Below, one piece after another: positions 39,780 through 52,400 of a DNA stretch of 56,870 nucleotides. The translations under genes were made by a program, and so were the position numbers. A model generated the notes under the pieces. That model saw nothing but the letters and a program-made list of their open reading frames with translations. It had not been told where the DNA came from and did no database searches. The stretch is from an uncultured Verrucomicrobiales bacterium (GTDB lineage: Bacteria; Verrucomicrobiota; Verrucomicrobiia; Verrucomicrobiales; DEV007): positions 1 to 56,870 of the forward strand of contig CALKOM010000047.1 of assembly GCA_938091905.1 (NCBI GenBank), written 5' to 3'. Positions within the stretch are counted from its first letter, which is position 1; every line of letters begins with the position of its first letter.

Positions 39780-40637
39780 GTGGTCGAAGACTTTCAAATC
39801 GCGGGTCTTAGACTTGCAATCGATCACCTGTGCCGCTGCGGGTGCCCGTTCAACTGCATAGATTTCGAGGGTGAAACGGTAGGGACGATCTACACAGCCG
39901 AACGCAGCTCCCTATATCATTCAAATTTCTCTGCGCATCGCAGGTTGAGATTCCTTTCGTGAGACCGGCTGCTGGAGTGGCGCAGCATCAACAGCAGTTC
40001 AGCCACGTCTACGGGGTTCTCGGCCTTCAATGGTCAAACCATTGGCGGTGCCAGCATCACTGTCGCCAATGGTAAGATCACCATCAACGGCGATCACATC
40101 ACCAATGCCACCTGCATGCAAGACGTGGGCTTGCGATTTGGTCAGTACTCCAGCGGCATCAATATTCAGATCAACAGATCTGAGACGACTATCATGAACG
40201 ACCTATCAGACCTCGATGGAACAACAATCGGTGGCGTCTCCGTCTCAATGACCACCTTGCCTACGAGCAGGGGCGTTCAAGATTACATGAAGCTCGACGG
40301 GTTCATCACCTACCTGAAGATTGAAGGCCGTGATCTTTACATCGACCAGTTCTGCTACGACTTCTGTCCTCCGATTTGTATTGTCGACATCACCTTCGTG
40401 AGCAGCGAACCCGTCAATACGACCGAACGTGAGATTGTCGTCAACGTAGAACGATCAGACAGGGCCGTACTCTGCATCCAGGAGAGTAGCGACATCGCCG
40501 TCACCGACAACTGGTCCAACCTGCCAACCACCGTGACGACGCCCGATCCCGAGATGCCACAGTTTCAGCGCTGCGTGGTCAGGGTTCCACTCTCTAAAGT
40601 GCGTCAGTTCTTCACAGTCCAAGCGAGATACAACTAG
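39780..40637 (+). pseudogene. Degraded secreted-protein gene; only the C-terminal part (40116-40637) is open
   Basis: Upstream partial frames (IDHLCRCGCPFNCIDFEG) echo IDQFCYDFCPP in the open part; interrupted by stops. Confidence 0.5.
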
Positions 40638-40656
40638 CATTTAATTCAGAAACGCA

Positions 40657-40686
40657 AAGAGACGGTCAATTACTTGACCGTCTCTT
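40657..40686. terminator. Intrinsic terminator after rpoC (possibly bidirectional)
   Basis: 13-bp perfect stem AAGAGACGGTCAA-TTAC-TTGACCGTCTCTT between convergent genes. Confidence 0.8.
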
Positions 40687-40714
40687 GCATGCTTAAGTTC
40701 TGTATCTGTCAGGC

Positions 40715-43700
40715 TTAGGTCAGACCTTCGACAAGGGCGTCGGTGGTTTCCTCGGCACCCTGTTGGCCTTCGATCTCGGCTTCAACCGTTTCCTCAAGCC
40801 CGATCGCACGGGTGGAGTGGAAGCCGGTGCCGGCTGGGATGAGGTGACCCATGATGACGTTTTCTTTGAAGCCGCGGAGGATATCAATCTTTCCTAACGT
40901 TGCCGCGTCAGTAAGGACGCGGGTCGTGTCTTGGAAGGAGGCAGCCGATATGAAGCTATCCGTTTCCAAGCTGGCTTTGGTGATACCTAACAAGACCGGC
41001 GTGGCCTCGGCGGGCTTACCACCTTGCTCCTCAATCTCGCGGTTAAGCCGCTCGAACTCAGTGCGCTCGACTTGGTCATCCCAAAGGAACTCCGTATCGC
41101 CAGGGTCGGTGATCTTCACCTTGCGAAGCATCTGACGGGTGATGATCTCAATGTGCTTGTCATTGATCTCCACACCCTGGAGTCGATAAACCTCCTGGAC
41201 TTCGTTGACCAAGTGCTCTTGCAACTCGTGAGGGCCACAAATCTCAAGAACTTCGTGAGGAACGACAGGACCTTCAGTCATCTGCGAGCCCTTCTTCACA
41301 AAGTCACCTTTGTAAGGGAGGATGTGCTTGTTCATGGGGATCAAGTGATCCTCACTCTCGCCCGTGTCCGGATCGGTGATCGTGACCTTACGCTTGCCGC
41401 GAACGGTGCCAGCCATGGGATCAATGATCCCGTCGATTTTGGCGATCTCGGCAGAGTCTTTCGGCTTCCGTGCTTCGAAGAGTTCCGCCACCCGAGGAAG
41501 ACCACCGGTGATGTCCTTCGTCTTAGAAACCTTTCGAGGCGTCTTGGCGACCTGCGTGCCTGGCGACACTTTCTCTTTGTCTTTCACACTCAAGTGAGCG
41601 CCAGCAGGAATGGAATAACTCGCGAGGACTTCCTTCGTCTTCTTGTCTTGGACGACAATCTGAGGATGGAGATCTTCTTTGTGCTCGATAACCACCATGC
41701 CAGCCACACCAGAGTCTTGATCGACCTCTTTCTTGATAGTGATGCCAGGGATCATGTCGCGGAACTCAATGGTTCCACCCATCTCCGTGATAATTGGCAC
41801 GTTGTAGAGGTCCCACGTCGCGAGGATCTCATCCTTCTTAATCGCCTCGCCATCCTGCTTGGTCAGGCGCGTGCCCAAGACCAACTCAAAGGACTCGAGT
41901 TCCTTGCCCTTCTCATCGCGGATCGAGACACTACCATTCTTGTTAAGAACAACGTAATCACCTTCAGTCGATTGGACCGTGCGCAGTTCTTGGTATTTGA
42001 TAATACCCTTCTGCTTGGCTTTGATGATCGGTTGTTTGAAAGAGCCCGAGGCGACACCACCGATGTGGAATGTACGCATCGTCAGCTGCGTGCCCGGCTC
42101 ACCAATACTCTGTGCTGCGATAATCCCAACGGCTTCGCCAACTTTGACAATCTCACTGTTGGCGAGATTCAGGCCATAACACTTCGCACAAACACCACGC
42201 TCGGATTCGCACGTCAGCACGGAACGGATCTTCAGCTTCTCAACGCCAATCTTCGTGACGAGTTCAGCCATCTTCTCATCCATGAGCTCATTCACCTTCA
42301 CGGCGACTTTGCCAGAGATAGGATCGGTCACTTTCTCACACGAGACACGGCCATAGACGCGTGTCTTCATTTCGACGACCTCTTGTTCACCTTCGTAGAT
42401 GGATTTGACGACGATGCCATTCACCGTGCCGCAATCTTCCTCGGTGATGATGACGTCCTGCGCCACGTCGACGAGTTTCCGAGTGAGGTAACCGGAGTCC
42501 GCCGTCTTCAAAGCGGTATCGGCCAGTCCCTTACGAGCACCGTGTGTGGAGATGAAGTATTCGAGAACGGTTAGTCCCTCACGGAAGTTCGAGGTGATCG
42601 GACGCTCAATGATCTCACCAGAAGGCTTGGCCATCAGACCGCGCATGCCCGAGAGCTGCTTGATCTGCTGACGGTTACCACGAGCACCCGAGTCAACCAT
42701 GAGGAAGAGCGGATTCGCTTCGAGCTTGCCATCGTTGTGTTCAATGGTGCGGTAAAGCGCCGTCTGGATCTGGTCACCCGCGTGGGTCCAAATATCGACG
42801 ATCTTATTATAACGCTCACCATCCGTGATGATACCCTTACGGTACTGCTTCTCGACTTCGCCGATCTGTTTGTAGGCAAGATCGAGCTGCTGCTTCTTCT
42901 CATCAGGAATGACCATATCGGTGATTCCAATGGAGATGCCGGAACGCGAAGCCTCCCGGAACCCGAGAGTCTTCAAACGGTCTAGCGCTTCCACAGTTTC
43001 TTCGTGACCAGCGACCTGGAACGTACGCCAAATGACATCACTGAGCTGCCCTTTGCCGACATTCTTATTGAAGAAGCCGAGACCGTCAGGCCAAATCTCA
43101 TTGAAACGAACTCGTCCTGGCGTCGTCACAATAATCTTCGCTTCCGGATCCCCATAAACGGTTTCCTTCCCGAAGTCTGGGTTGGCAACGCGAACAAACT
43201 GATGGAGGGCAATGGCGCCTTCAGCTACAGCAAACTCGAGTTCCTCGACGCCACCAAACAGCGACAATTTCAAGGCATCCTCTGAATCCGCGTCGTATTG
43301 TGGATAGCGTGAGTGCGTGAGGTAATAGGAGCCGAGCGTGATGTCCTGTGAAGGCGTCGTGATCGGGCGGCCACTAGACGGCGAGAAGATGTTGTTAGGC
43401 GCGAGCATGAGTAAGCGCGCTTCCATCTGCGCCTCAACCGAGAGCGGCACGTGCACAGCCATTTGGTCACCGTCGAAGTCTGCATTGTAAGCCGTGCAGA
43501 CAAGTGGGTGAACACGAATAGCAGAACCCTCAATCAAGACAGGCTCAAAAGCCTGAATGGACAGACGGTGCAAGGTCGGCGCGCGGTTGAGCATCACGGG
43601 ATGACCCGCGGTGACTTCTTCCAAGATGTCCCAAACTTCAGGTGTCTTGCGCTCGATCATCTTCTTCGCACTGCGCACGGTGTGCACGTAGCCGAGTTCT

Positions 43701-44872
43701 TTCAGACGACGGATGATGAAGGGCTCGAAGAGCACGAGCGCCATCTTTTTGGGAAGACCGCACTGGCTGAGCTTTAAGTCAGGTCCGACGACGATGACGG
43801 AACGACCGGAGTAATCGACACGTTTACCGAGCAAGTTCTGACGGAAACGACCGCTCTTACCCTTGAGCATGTCGCTCATGGACTTGAGAGGACGATTGCC
43901 AGCACCCGTGACCGCACGGCCATGACGGCCGTTATCAAACAAGGCGTCGACAGCCTCCTGGAGCATGCGTTTCTCGTTCCGAATAATGACGTCAGGCGTC
44001 TTCAGCAGTAGAAGGTTCCGCAGACGATTGTTCCGGTTGATGACACGACGATAGAGATCGTTCAGGTCAGAAGTCGCGAAACGACCACCTTCTAGCGGCA
44101 CCAACGGACGAAGATCTGGAGGAATGACAGGAAGGACGTCGAGAACCATCCACTCTGGCCGCGAATGGGATCCAGCAAAGCCCTGAGCGAGCTTTAACCG
44201 CTTGGCGAGCTTCTTCCGAATCTGCTTTGAACGCGTAGCGTCCATGGCCTCTTCCAATTCAACCACAAGCTCATCAAGCTTGGCTTGGGAAAGAAGCTCT
44301 TTGATTGCCTCAGCCCCCATGCCGGCGGTGAAGGAATCTCCGTATTCGTCTTCTGCTTCACGGATTTCTGTTTCCGTAAGGAGCTGGCAACGCTCAAGAG
44401 GCGTGTTCCCTGGATCGATCACGATGTAGTCTTCGTAATAGATCACGCGCTCAAGAAATCGAGCGCTCATATCTAACATGAGACCAATACGCGAAGGCAT
44501 GCACTTGTAAAACCAAATGTGCGTGACGGGCACGGCCAATTCAATGTGACCCATGCGCTCACGACGCACACGAGATAGAGTCACCTCGACGCCGCAGCGA
44601 TCACAAATGACACCCTTGTGTTTGATACGTTTGAACTTACCACAAGCACACTCCCAGTCCCGGGTAGGACCGAAAATACGCTCACAGAAGAGACCACCCT
44701 TTTCGGGCTTGAACGTTCGGTAGTTGATCGTCTCAGGATTGCGCACTTCGCCGCGACTCCAGCTACGAATCGTATCTGGAGCAGCCACGGTGATCGAGAC
44801 CTGATCGAAACCCTTCTCTTCTTCCGGTTGGCGGAAGTAGTCGTTCATGACAGCTGTTTCTGATTCACTCAT
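40715..44872 (-). CDS. rpoC: DNA-directed RNA polymerase subunit beta'
   Basis: NADFDGD catalytic motif, N-terminal Zn ribbon, [13 protein letters not shown]. Confidence 0.99.
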   Translation of the reverse strand: MSESETAVMNDYFRQPEEEKGFDQVSITVAAPDTIRSWSRGEVRNPETINYRTFKPEKGGLFCERIFGPTRDWECACGKFKRIKHKGVICDRCGVEVTLSRVRRERMGHIELAVPVTHIWFYKCMPSRIGLMLDMSARFLERVIYYEDYIVIDPGNTPLERCQLLTETEIREAEDEYGDSFTAGMGAEAIKELLSQAKLDELVVELEEAMDATRSKQIRKKLAKRLKLAQGFAGSHSRPEWMVLDVLPVIPPDLRPLVPLEGGRFATSDLNDLYRRVINRNNRLRNLLLLKTPDVIIRNEKRMLQEAVDALFDNGRHGRAVTGAGNRPLKSMSDMLKGKSGRFRQNLLGKRVDYSGRSVIVVGPDLKLSQCGLPKKMALVLFEPFIIRRLKELGYVHTVRSAKKMIERKTPEVWDILEEVTAGHPVMLNRAPTLHRLSIQAFEPVLIEGSAIRVHPLVCTAYNADFDGDQMAVHVPLSVEAQMEARLLMLAPNNIFSPSSGRPITTPSQDITLGSYYLTHSRYPQYDADSEDALKLSLFGGVEELEFAVAEGAIALHQFVRVANPDFGKETVYGDPEAKIIVTTPGRVRFNEIWPDGLGFFNKNVGKGQLSDVIWRTFQVAGHEETVEALDRLKTLGFREASRSGISIGITDMVIPDEKKQQLDLAYKQIGEVEKQYRKGIITDGERYNKIVDIWTHAGDQIQTALYRTIEHNDGKLEANPLFLMVDSGARGNRQQIKQLSGMRGLMAKPSGEIIERPITSNFREGLTVLEYFISTHGARKGLADTALKTADSGYLTRKLVDVAQDVIITEEDCGTVNGIVVKSIYEGEQEVVEMKTRVYGRVSCEKVTDPISGKVAVKVNELMDEKMAELVTKIGVEKLKIRSVLTCESERGVCAKCYGLNLANSEIVKVGEAVGIIAAQSIGEPGTQLTMRTFHIGGVASGSFKQPIIKAKQKGIIKYQELRTVQSTEGDYVVLNKNGSVSIRDEKGKELESFELVLGTRLTKQDGEAIKKDEILATWDLYNVPIITEMGGTIEFRDMIPGITIKKEVDQDSGVAGMVVIEHKEDLHPQIVVQDKKTKEVLASYSIPAGAHLSVKDKEKVSPGTQVAKTPRKVSKTKDITGGLPRVAELFEARKPKDSAEIAKIDGIIDPMAGTVRGKRKVTITDPDTGESEDHLIPMNKHILPYKGDFVKKGSQMTEGPVVPHEVLEICGPHELQEHLVNEVQEVYRLQGVEINDKHIEIITRQMLRKVKITDPGDTEFLWDDQVERTEFERLNREIEEQGGKPAEATPVLLGITKASLETDSFISAASFQDTTRVLTDAATLGKIDILRGFKENVIMGHLIPAGTGFHSTRAIGLEETVEAEIEGQQGAEETTDALVEGLT

Positions 44873-44908
44873 ACTTAGATAAAGCTTAGGTTAAACGGTT
44901 AGGTTTTA

Positions 44909-47900
44909 TTAGGCCGATGCCGTTAGGGAATCTAGGCCGCCGCCTTCAACATCGGGTCGAGGTCCGCCGCGCGGACCAACGCGCACGTCAAGTCCTAGAC
45001 TTTGCAATTCTTTGATCAACACATTGAAGGACTCAGGCGTACCGGCTTCGAGGTTGTTGTCACCTTTAACAATTGCCTCGTAGATTCTAGTTCGTCCTTG
45101 AACGTCGTCTGACTTCACTGTGAGGAGTTCCTGCAAGGTGTAAGCAGCGCCATAAGCTTCCAGCGCCCACACCTCCATCTCACCAAAGCGCTGGCCACCA
45201 TATTGCGCTTTACCACCCAGTGGCTGCTGCGTGACGAGCGAGTAAGGGCCAACCGCACGTGCGTGAATCTTATCAGCCACCAGGTGACCGAGCTTCAGCA
45301 TGTAGATGTAGCCTACCACGACGTCCTGGTCATAGGAACGCCCGGTGCGCCCATCATAGAGCGTCGACTTGCCACTGATGTTGATCCAGGAGTAGCCGTC
45401 CACCTTCTTGGCTTCCTCCAGATACTCAACGATCTTGGACTCAGGGATACCATCGAAGACTGGCGTGCCGATCTTGATGCCGAGGGCCTTGGCAGCCACA
45501 CCGAGGTGGGTTTCCAGGACCTGCCCAACGTTCATTCGGCTAGGCACCCCGAGTGGGTTCAAGATGATATCTACTGGCGTTCCATCGTCGAGGAATGGCA
45601 TGTCTTCTTCAGGAACCACGGTGGCGACCACTCCTTTGTTCCCATGACGACCAGCCATCTTGTCACCGACACTCAGCTTGCGCTTCTTGGCAATAAACAC
45701 TTTCACCTGTTTAATGATGCCAGGATCGACTTCATCACCGCTCTCGATGCGGTCCATGGCGGTTTCACGCTCGTTCTCGATGTCCGTGAACTTGGACTCA
45801 AACGACTTCGTGATTTCAACGATCTTGTTCCGGATCGGGCTCGGGTCGATTTCGATGTGGTCGTAAACGGCCGCAAGCTTGCGAAGGAGCGTCTTGGTGA
45901 TCTTACGATTCGCTGGGATGATGATTTCACCCGTCTGTTCGTTGACCACGTCTAACGGAATCTTTTCACCTAACAAGATATCAGACAATTTCTCCGTCAA
46001 CTGATCGGTGAGGTCAGATTTCTTCTTCTTGTAGTCTTCTTCGATCGTCTTGTACTGCTTCTTCACCTCAGTCGGCGAGAGCTTCTCTTCAGAAGACAAG
46101 TCCTTACGAGAAGACACACGCACGTCCATGACGATTCCCGTCGTGCCGGATGGCACACGGAGAGAAGTGTCTTTCACATCCGCCGCTTTCTCACCAAAGA
46201 TCGCGCGCAGAAGGCGCTCCTCAGGAGCCAGCTCCGTCTCGCTCTTCGGCGTGATCTTACCGACCATGATATCGCCAGGCTTCACTTCAGCTCCGACGCG
46301 AATCACGCCGTCAGGACCGAGGTCGCTGAGCGCTTCTTCACCGACATTTGGAATGTCGCGAGTGATCTCTTCAGGGCCAAGCTTGGTATCGCGTGCGCCC
46401 ACTTCGTATTCACCGATGTGGATCGACGTGTAGACATCGTCTTTCACCACGCGTTCTGAGATCGCGATGGCGTCCTCAAAGTTGTAGCCGTTCCATGACA
46501 TGAACGCGACGAGCACGTTACGACCGATGGCGAGTTCGCCAAGCTCGGTGCAAGGGCCATCCGCTAACACATCACCCTTCTTCACCTTATCACCACGCTT
46601 GACGAGTGGCGTCTGGTTCATGCAGGTGCCAGCGTTAGAACGCATGAACTTGCGGAATGGGTAAACGTAGAGACCTTTGCTAGGAACACTCTTCAACTGC
46701 TCGGGGCGAGTGAGGAACTCAATGTCTGAGATTGGCAATTCACCGTCCTTAGACACGACCACGCGCTCAGCAGTGGAAGCAGCAATGACTCCATCACACT
46801 CAGCCACGACCACCGCTCGTGAATCACGCGCCGCCTTGGCTTCCATGCCGGTGCCGACGAGAGGCGCATCTGCGGTAAGCAAAGGCACACCCTGGCGCTG
46901 CATGTTTGATCCCATGAGCGCGCGGTTAGCGTCGTCATGCTCAAGGAATGGAATCAGACTAGCAGCAACCGAAACAAGCTGCTTCGGCGAGACATCCATG
47001 TATTTACATTCCTTCGGATCAATATCCATGAACTCACCGCGGTAACGCACCGTGATGGTCGAATTGACGAAAGCACCCGTCTTCTTCATCGGGTTGTTCG
47101 CCTGAGCAATGGAGTAATTCTCTTCCTGGTCAGCGGTGAGATACTCGATCTTGTCGATCACCTTACCGTTGTCGATGCAGCGATAAGGCGTCTCGATGAA
47201 ACCAAACTCATTGATCCGCGCAAAGCAGCTCATGGAGTTGATCAATCCAATGTTAGGACCCTCAGGGGTCTCAATCGGGCAAATTCGGCCGTAGTGAGAA
47301 GGATGCACGTCGCGCACCTCAAAACCAGCACGGTCGCGGTTGAGACCACCTGGCCCCAACGCTGACAAACGACGCTTGTGCGTCAGCTCAGACAGCGGGT
47401 TCGTCTGGTCCATGAACTGGCTGAGCTGTGAGCGCCCAAAAAAGTCACGGACGACAGCGCTAAGCGCCTTCGGATTGACAAGCTTCTGAGGCGACATGCC
47501 TTCCAAGTTCACATCGAACAAGGTCATGCGCTCTTTGACCAAGCGCTCCGTACGAGCAAGGCCCAGACGACACTGGTTGGCGAGCAACTCACCCACGGCG
47601 CGCACGCGGCGACTACCAAGGTGATCGATATCGTCGAGGACACCGTTGCCTTGCTTGACCTGAAGGAGGTATTTCAAAGCTGCTAAGAAATCGTGCGAGG
47701 TCATCACACGCTCGTTCCCGTCCACCTTGAGGCCCAGCTTCTGATTCAGCTTGTAACGGCCGACTCTCGTAAGGTCGTATTTCTTCGGATCGAAGAACAG
47801 CCGCTTCAGCAACGCACGGGCGTTGGCCACCGTTGGCGGATCACCAGGGCGAAGACGCTTATAGATGTCCTTGAGAGCTTCCTCTTCGTTCGTCGCCGGA

Positions 47901-48757
47901 TCTTTCTTGAGCGACTTAATGAGAATCTCATCCTCATTCGTATCGACAACCTTGAGGGACTTCTGGCCAAGGGCAAGAAGCTGGCGCACGACACCAATCG
48001 TGAGCGGCTCAAAAGCTTTACAAACGATGATCTCACCATCGAGCACGTCGGCGTAGGTCACCTTCGAACTCAACGCTTCCTCATCCATCTCCTCTTTCAG
48101 CTTGAGTGTCTCAACGGTGAAGAATTCCTTCACGATATCCTCGTTGGTGCTGAACCCGATAGCCCGCAGGAACGTGGTTGCGAGGAACTTCCGACGACGG
48201 CGGCGGCGATCCAAGTAAACGTAAAGAAGGTCATTCGTATCGAATTGAACTTCCAACCAAGAACCGCGGTCAGGAATGATACGGAACGCATGGAGTTCCT
48301 TGCCGTTCAAGTGATAGGAACGCTCGAAACAGATTCCAGGTGAACGGTGCAGTTGACTGACGACGACACGTTCGGCACCATTGATGACAAAGGTGCCTCG
48401 GCTGGTCATAAGAGGGAGCTCCCCCATGTAGACGCGCTCTTCCTTTGTGCCAGTCTCGTCTGTGAGATTGAACCAGACGTAGAGTGGCGCGCTGTAAGTC
48501 TCGCCATCACGCTGAGATTCGAGGTTGGTGAGCTTGGGCTCGCCAACTTCATACTTCATGAAGTCGAGTGTGACCTTCTCGTCATAACTCGTGATTGGGA
48601 AAACTTCTTTGAAGACGGCTTGGAGGCCGCCGTCATTTCGTTTAGAAGGGGCTTTGTCTTGCTGAAGGAACTCGACGTAAGATTGAAGCTGAATCTCGAT
48701 GAGATTCGGCGGCTCGATCGGTTCCTCGATCTTTCCAAATAGTACTCTCTCTGACAT
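44909..48757 (-). CDS. rpoB: DNA-directed RNA polymerase subunit beta
   Basis: [41 protein letters not shown]. Confidence 0.99.
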   Translation of the reverse strand: MSERVLFGKIEEPIEPPNLIEIQLQSYVEFLQQDKAPSKRNDGGLQAVFKEVFPITSYDEKVTLDFMKYEVGEPKLTNLESQRDGETYSAPLYVWFNLTDETGTKEERVYMGELPLMTSRGTFVINGAERVVVSQLHRSPGICFERSYHLNGKELHAFRIIPDRGSWLEVQFDTNDLLYVYLDRRRRRRKFLATTFLRAIGFSTNEDIVKEFFTVETLKLKEEMDEEALSSKVTYADVLDGEIIVCKAFEPLTIGVVRQLLALGQKSLKVVDTNEDEILIKSLKKDPATNEEEALKDIYKRLRPGDPPTVANARALLKRLFFDPKKYDLTRVGRYKLNQKLGLKVDGNERVMTSHDFLAALKYLLQVKQGNGVLDDIDHLGSRRVRAVGELLANQCRLGLARTERLVKERMTLFDVNLEGMSPQKLVNPKALSAVVRDFFGRSQLSQFMDQTNPLSELTHKRRLSALGPGGLNRDRAGFEVRDVHPSHYGRICPIETPEGPNIGLINSMSCFARINEFGFIETPYRCIDNGKVIDKIEYLTADQEENYSIAQANNPMKKTGAFVNSTITVRYRGEFMDIDPKECKYMDVSPKQLVSVAASLIPFLEHDDANRALMGSNMQRQGVPLLTADAPLVGTGMEAKAARDSRAVVVAECDGVIAASTAERVVVSKDGELPISDIEFLTRPEQLKSVPSKGLYVYPFRKFMRSNAGTCMNQTPLVKRGDKVKKGDVLADGPCTELGELAIGRNVLVAFMSWNGYNFEDAIAISERVVKDDVYTSIHIGEYEVGARDTKLGPEEITRDIPNVGEEALSDLGPDGVIRVGAEVKPGDIMVGKITPKSETELAPEERLLRAIFGEKAADVKDTSLRVPSGTTGIVMDVRVSSRKDLSSEEKLSPTEVKKQYKTIEEDYKKKKSDLTDQLTEKLSDILLGEKIPLDVVNEQTGEIIIPANRKITKTLLRKLAAVYDHIEIDPSPIRNKIVEITKSFESKFTDIENERETAMDRIESGDEVDPGIIKQVKVFIAKKRKLSVGDKMAGRHGNKGVVATVVPEEDMPFLDDGTPVDIILNPLGVPSRMNVGQVLETHLGVAAKALGIKIGTPVFDGIPESKIVEYLEEAKKVDGYSWINISGKSTLYDGRTGRSYDQDVVVGYIYMLKLGHLVADKIHARAVGPYSLVTQQPLGGKAQYGGQRFGEMEVWALEAYGAAYTLQELLTVKSDDVQGRTRIYEAIVKGDNNLEAGTPESFNVLIKELQSLGLDVRVGPRGGPRPDVEGGGLDSLTASA

Positions 48758-48819
48758 AGGCTGCGGCGATCGGTTGAGGGATTGGACGGGTTAACGGGCG
48801 TTGGTGGACTAAAGACGGG

Positions 48820-48855
48820 AAAAAGCCCGGTCGATCCATGAAGGATCGCGGGCTT
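48820..48855 (-). terminator. Terminator/attenuator-like hairpin upstream of rpoB
   Basis: AAGCCCG-CGATCC-TTCAT-GGATCG-AC-CGGGCTT followed by TTT on the mRNA strand. Confidence 0.6.
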
Positions 48856-48989
48856 GACAAATTTCTAAAAACTAACGGGCTCGGACGACGATAGGGCTGA
48901 GGTCAATACGCAAGGTAAGGAACTGGATTGTGCAAGGAAAACCTTGACAATCACCAAGAAAGTCACGCGACGGGCGAGGGGCCACCCGT

Positions 48990-49039
48990 AAAAGCGTTTA
49001 GCCACAGGCCAGCTCGGCGAGCTGGCACTGGGCTAAACG
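48990..49039 (-). terminator. Long hairpin plus U-tract after rplL
   Basis: CGTTTAGCC-CAG-T-GCCAGCTC-GCC-GAGCTGGC-CTG-T-GGCTAAACG-CTTTT. Confidence 0.65.
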
Positions 49040-49078
49040 TGAATTGCTTAACAAAGTAGAAAATGGGGAAAGACGAGA

Positions 49079-49459
49079 TTACTTGATCTCGATCTTTGCG
49101 CCAGCAGCTTCCATCTTCGTCTTGATCTCTTCGGCTTCTTCCTTGCTTACGCCTTCTTTCAAAGGACAAGGAGCGCTTTCAACGAGCTTCTTGGCATCGG
49201 CGAGACCGAGACCAGCAACACAGCCGCGCGTTTCTTTAATAACGCTGATCTTGTTGCCACCGATTTCAGCGAGAATGACGTCAAATTCCGTCTTCTCTGC
49301 TGCGGGAGCCGCGTCACCGCCGCCACCACCAGCTGCGGCCACAGCCACAGGAGCCGCTGCGCTCACGCCGAGCTTGTCTTCGAGTGCTTTTACAAGATCA
49401 GCTGCTTCGAGCAAAGTGATGCCGCTGAGTTCTTCTACGAGTTTATCAATGTCTGCCAT
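49079..49459 (-). CDS. rplL: 50S ribosomal protein L7/L12
   Basis: [37 protein letters not shown]. Confidence 0.99.
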   Translation of the reverse strand: MADIDKLVEELSGITLLEAADLVKALEDKLGVSAAAPVAVAAAGGGGGDAAPAAEKTEFDVILAEIGGNKISVIKETRGCVAGLGLADAKKLVESAPCPLKEGVSKEEAEEIKTKMEAAGAKIEIK

Positions 49460-49622
49460 AGTATTTTAGTTGGTATCGTCGCTCCCCAGAGCTCTGGGAA
49501 ATTTGAGTCTCGCAGCCGCGAGCCCGACGAGGAACCGTTTAGGTTTGTTTGGGTATTCAAAGGAGCAGGACCTAAGAGGACTTGCCCCAAGAAAGATTTG
49601 GATGAGGTCGAGGATCCCTAGG

Positions 49623-50135
49623 TTAGCCTTTATCGACGTGGGCCTGCATGGCGCGAGCAATCTGCGCACCAGGCTCGTTGAGCAAGCGAGCGAGGCTGGT
49701 CGCTGGAGCTTGCAAGAGGCCGAGGAGTTGGCCGAGGAGCTGTTCGCGAGACGGAAGATCAGCGATCTGCTGTACTTCTGCCTGACTCAGCAACTTGCCG
49801 TCAAGCACGCCCATCTTGACCGAAGGACGCTCGAACTCTTTCTCAAAGTTCTTTAACACCTTCGCAGCGCCACAAACATCTTCCTCGCCGGTGACAATCG
49901 CCGTCTGCCCAGTAAGGCAGTCAGTAAGGCCTTCGGGAAGGTCAGCGTCCTTGATGACCCGCTTGATGTAGCTGTTCTTCGTGACGTGGATCTTGGAACT
50001 CACACCCTCAAGACGGACACGGAGCTCTTCGAACTGGCCCACGGTCAGGCCCGTGAAATCCGTAACGAGCATGAACGGAGACACATTCACGCGCTCCATC
50101 AGGTCGTCGATAATGATATTCTTCTCTACTTGCAT
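49623..50135 (-). CDS. rplJ: 50S ribosomal protein L10
   Basis: DFTGLTV..LR, KN, LPSREQLL; position between rplA and rplL. Confidence 0.97.
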   Translation of the reverse strand: MQVEKNIIIDDLMERVNVSPFMLVTDFTGLTVGQFEELRVRLEGVSSKIHVTKNSYIKRVIKDADLPEGLTDCLTGQTAIVTGEEDVCGAAKVLKNFEKEFERPSVKMGVLDGKLLSQAEVQQIADLPSREQLLGQLLGLLQAPATSLARLLNEPGAQIARAMQAHVDKG

Positions 50136-50154
50136 CGGAATAAAAAAGTAAGGG

Positions 50155-50856
50155 TTAGGCGATGTGGTAGATGGAGGATTGGAGACTCATACCAGGGCTC
50201 ATCGTCCCTGACATCGTCGCCGCATTGATGTAGCGGCCCTTGGCACTAGCTGGCCTAGCGCGCTGCACTGACTCGATGACGGCGAGAGCATTCTCCGTCA
50301 GTTGCGTCTCGGTGAAACTCGCTTTCCCTACGGGAACAGCAATGTTGCCATTGCGGTCCAGCTTGAAATCAACCCGACCAGCTTTCACAGCCTTGACCGC
50401 AGCAGCGGTGTCATCCGTGACCGTGCCCGTCTTGGGATTCGGCATCAGACCACGTGGTCCGAGAACCCGGCCCAACTTACGCACTTCGGACATCGCGTCT
50501 GGCGTGGCCACGGCCACATCAAAATCGGTAAAGCCCTCTTTGACCTTGGTCAGCATGTCTTCGTAACCGACGAGTTCTGCGCCGGCTTTTTCAGCAGCGG
50601 CAGCAGCGTCGCCTTTGGCGAAGACCAAGACGCGGACCTCCTTACCACTTCCGTGAGGGAGCGGACAGGTTCCACGAACCATTTGGTCGGATTGACGAGG
50701 ATCGATCCCCATCTTGAAGGAGATGGTGACCGTTTGATCAAACTTAGGAGCCGGGCATTTCTTAATAATCCCAGCGGCCTCCTCGAGGGAGTAGTCTTTC
50801 TCAGGATCGACCAATTCGGCCGCCTTCAAGTAACGTTTGCTGCGTTTCTTTGGCAT
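50155..50856 (-). CDS. rplA: 50S ribosomal protein L1
   Basis: KFDQTV, DQMVRG..LPHGSGK, LGPRGLMPNPKTGTVT. Confidence 0.99.
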   Translation of the reverse strand: MPKKRSKRYLKAAELVDPEKDYSLEEAAGIIKKCPAPKFDQTVTISFKMGIDPRQSDQMVRGTCPLPHGSGKEVRVLVFAKGDAAAAAEKAGAELVGYEDMLTKVKEGFTDFDVAVATPDAMSEVRKLGRVLGPRGLMPNPKTGTVTDDTAAAVKAVKAGRVDFKLDRNGNIAVPVGKASFTETQLTENALAVIESVQRARPASAKGRYINAATMSGTMSPGMSLQSSIYHIA

Positions 50857-50864
50857 ATTAACAA

Positions 50865-50897
50865 GCAGTTCAATTGAAGCGGTGAAGCTTCTCCTGC
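50865..50897 (-). promoter_or_regulatory. L1-binding autoregulatory RNA leader in front of rplA
   Basis: GCAG-GAG-AAGC-TTCACC-GCTT-CAATTGAA-CTGC: two stems around an asymmetric purine-rich internal loop, 8 nt before the rplA ATG; matches the known L1 mRNA site architecture. Confidence 0.65.
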
Positions 50898-50965
50898 AGT
50901 GGTTGGTTGGTTCTTCAGGGGTCCGTGTAGGCAGGACGCCTACCCAGGAAATCTAATTCTAAGGA

Positions 50966-51391
50966 TTACTCAGCGATATCGACGCCCATTTGGCGTGCGG
51001 TGCCGGCGATGATCTTGCAAGCCGCTTCTTCATCGCGCGCGTTTAGGTCCTTCATCTTCACCTTCACAATATCGAGGAGCTGCGCTTTGGTCAGGGTTCC
51101 CACTTTCTGTTTGTGGGGCTCGCCAGAGCCGGAGGCAATGCCTGCCGCTTTCTTGATCAGCGCTGCCGCGGGCGGGGACTTTGTGATGAAGGTGAACGAC
51201 TTGTCTTTAAAAACGGAAATCACCACGGGCAAGACGTCGCCAGCCTGCTTCTGCGTGGCCGCGTTGAATGCCTTGCAGAACTCCATGATATTCACCCCAT
51301 TCTGACCAAGAGCAGGACCCACAGGAGGCGAGGGATTGGCTTGCCCAGCGGGGATTTGGAGCTTGATGGTGGAGACGATTTCTTTGGCCAT
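50966..51391 (-). CDS. rplK: 50S ribosomal protein L11
   Basis: [30 protein letters not shown]. Confidence 0.99.
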   Translation of the reverse strand: MAKEIVSTIKLQIPAGQANPSPPVGPALGQNGVNIMEFCKAFNAATQKQAGDVLPVVISVFKDKSFTFITKSPPAAALIKKAAGIASGSGEPHKQKVGTLTKAQLLDIVKVKMKDLNARDEEAACKIIAGTARQMGVDIAE

Positions 51392-51468
51392 GACGTACGT
51401 TTTAAAAAGTTTTTTAGAGCGGGGAGGAAGGGACTAAACCAGTTTCCGAGAAAGGCAACGTCCGATTT

Positions 51469-52038
51469 CTACGCAGTCTCAACTTGCCAGTTCTCAAGCT
51501 CGACGATGGTCTTCCGGCCGAAGATATCCACGGACACCATGATCTTGCCTTTATCGTGGTCGATCTCCTCGACCATGCCGTTTTGGCTCTCGAAGGGACC
51601 ATCCGCCACTTTGACGGTGTCACCCACCTCGTGGGTAATACGGGGCTTCTCATCTTCTTCGCGCTCTTTGATCTGGGCAAGCATCTGCTCGACCTCCGTC
51701 GGGCGCATCGGCATCGGACGAGTCTTGTTGCCAGCGAAATTGATTACACCCGTAGTCTCCTGAATGAAATACCACGTGCGGTCATTCAAGCTGCCATCGG
51801 CCTCTAGGAGGTGCATGTTCACGATGACGTAGCCCGGGAAGAACTTACGCTTACTTGACGTCTTTTTGCCCTTTTTAACCTCAGAGACCATCTCCGTAGG
51901 CACTAGGACTTCGAACATGCAATCGCTCATCTCCTCGGAGGCGATACGGCGATTGATGTTGTCGCGCACTTTACCTTCCTGTCCGGAGAGCACGTGAACG
52001 ACATACCATTGGTCCTGAGGAGCGGGAATGATAGCCAT
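51469..52038 (-). CDS. nusG: Transcription termination/antitermination factor NusG
   Basis: WYVVHVLSGQE, FFPGYV, KOW GDTVKVADGPF, IFGR. Confidence 0.99.
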   Translation of the reverse strand: MAIIPAPQDQWYVVHVLSGQEGKVRDNINRRIASEEMSDCMFEVLVPTEMVSEVKKGKKTSSKRKFFPGYVIVNMHLLEADGSLNDRTWYFIQETTGVINFAGNKTRPMPMRPTEVEQMLAQIKEREEDEKPRITHEVGDTVKVADGPFESQNGMVEEIDHDKGKIMVSVDIFGRKTIVELENWQVETA

Positions 52039-52082
52039 GGCGTTATTTCAAGGAGGAATGGAAAGAGCGGCGCGGACGCGAA

Positions 52083-52307
52083 TTAAGCAGACGTCCCAGG
52101 CAGGATGAGAGCGAGAAAGCCACGCATGACAAGATCGAGGAAGCCGACAAAGCCAGCCAGTAAGACAATGGCAATCACGACCACCACGGTGTGATCCACG
52201 AGTTGGCGGTACTTTTTAAAGCCAGTCTCTTTCGGATCCCAGGGCCACGTGGCCTTCTGGAGTTCGACTTTTACTTCCCCGATGTATTTGCTGAGTTTCC
52301 CAAACAT
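52083..52307 (-). CDS. secE: Preprotein translocase subunit SecE
   Basis: EVKVELQKATWP + single TM, upstream of nusG. Confidence 0.93.
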   Translation of the reverse strand: MFGKLSKYIGEVKVELQKATWPWDPKETGFKKYRQLVDHTVVVVIAIVLLAGFVGFLDLVMRGFLALILPGTSA

Positions 52308-52356
52308 GACGTGTGCGCAATAGATGCCAAGAGCCGTAGCTCTGTCAAACTGTCGT

Positions 52357-52400
52357 TAAGAAAGCCAAACAGAGAGCCGGTTTCCCGGCTCTCTGTCGGC
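52357..52400 (-). terminator. Strong intrinsic terminator after tuf
   Basis: GCCGACAGAGAGCCGG-GAAA-CCGGCTCTCTGTTTGGC-TTTCTT. Confidence 0.85.

Noticed and set aside
41024..42574. 516-aa plus-strand ORF and other long antisense ORFs over rpoC, rpoB, rplA, tuf and moxR
   Set aside because: Shadow frames produced by codon bias of the real minus-strand genes; no protein-like motifs
47340..47450. Rifampicin-resistance substitutions in rpoB cluster I
   Set aside because: Key Q, D, H and S residues match the sensitive consensus
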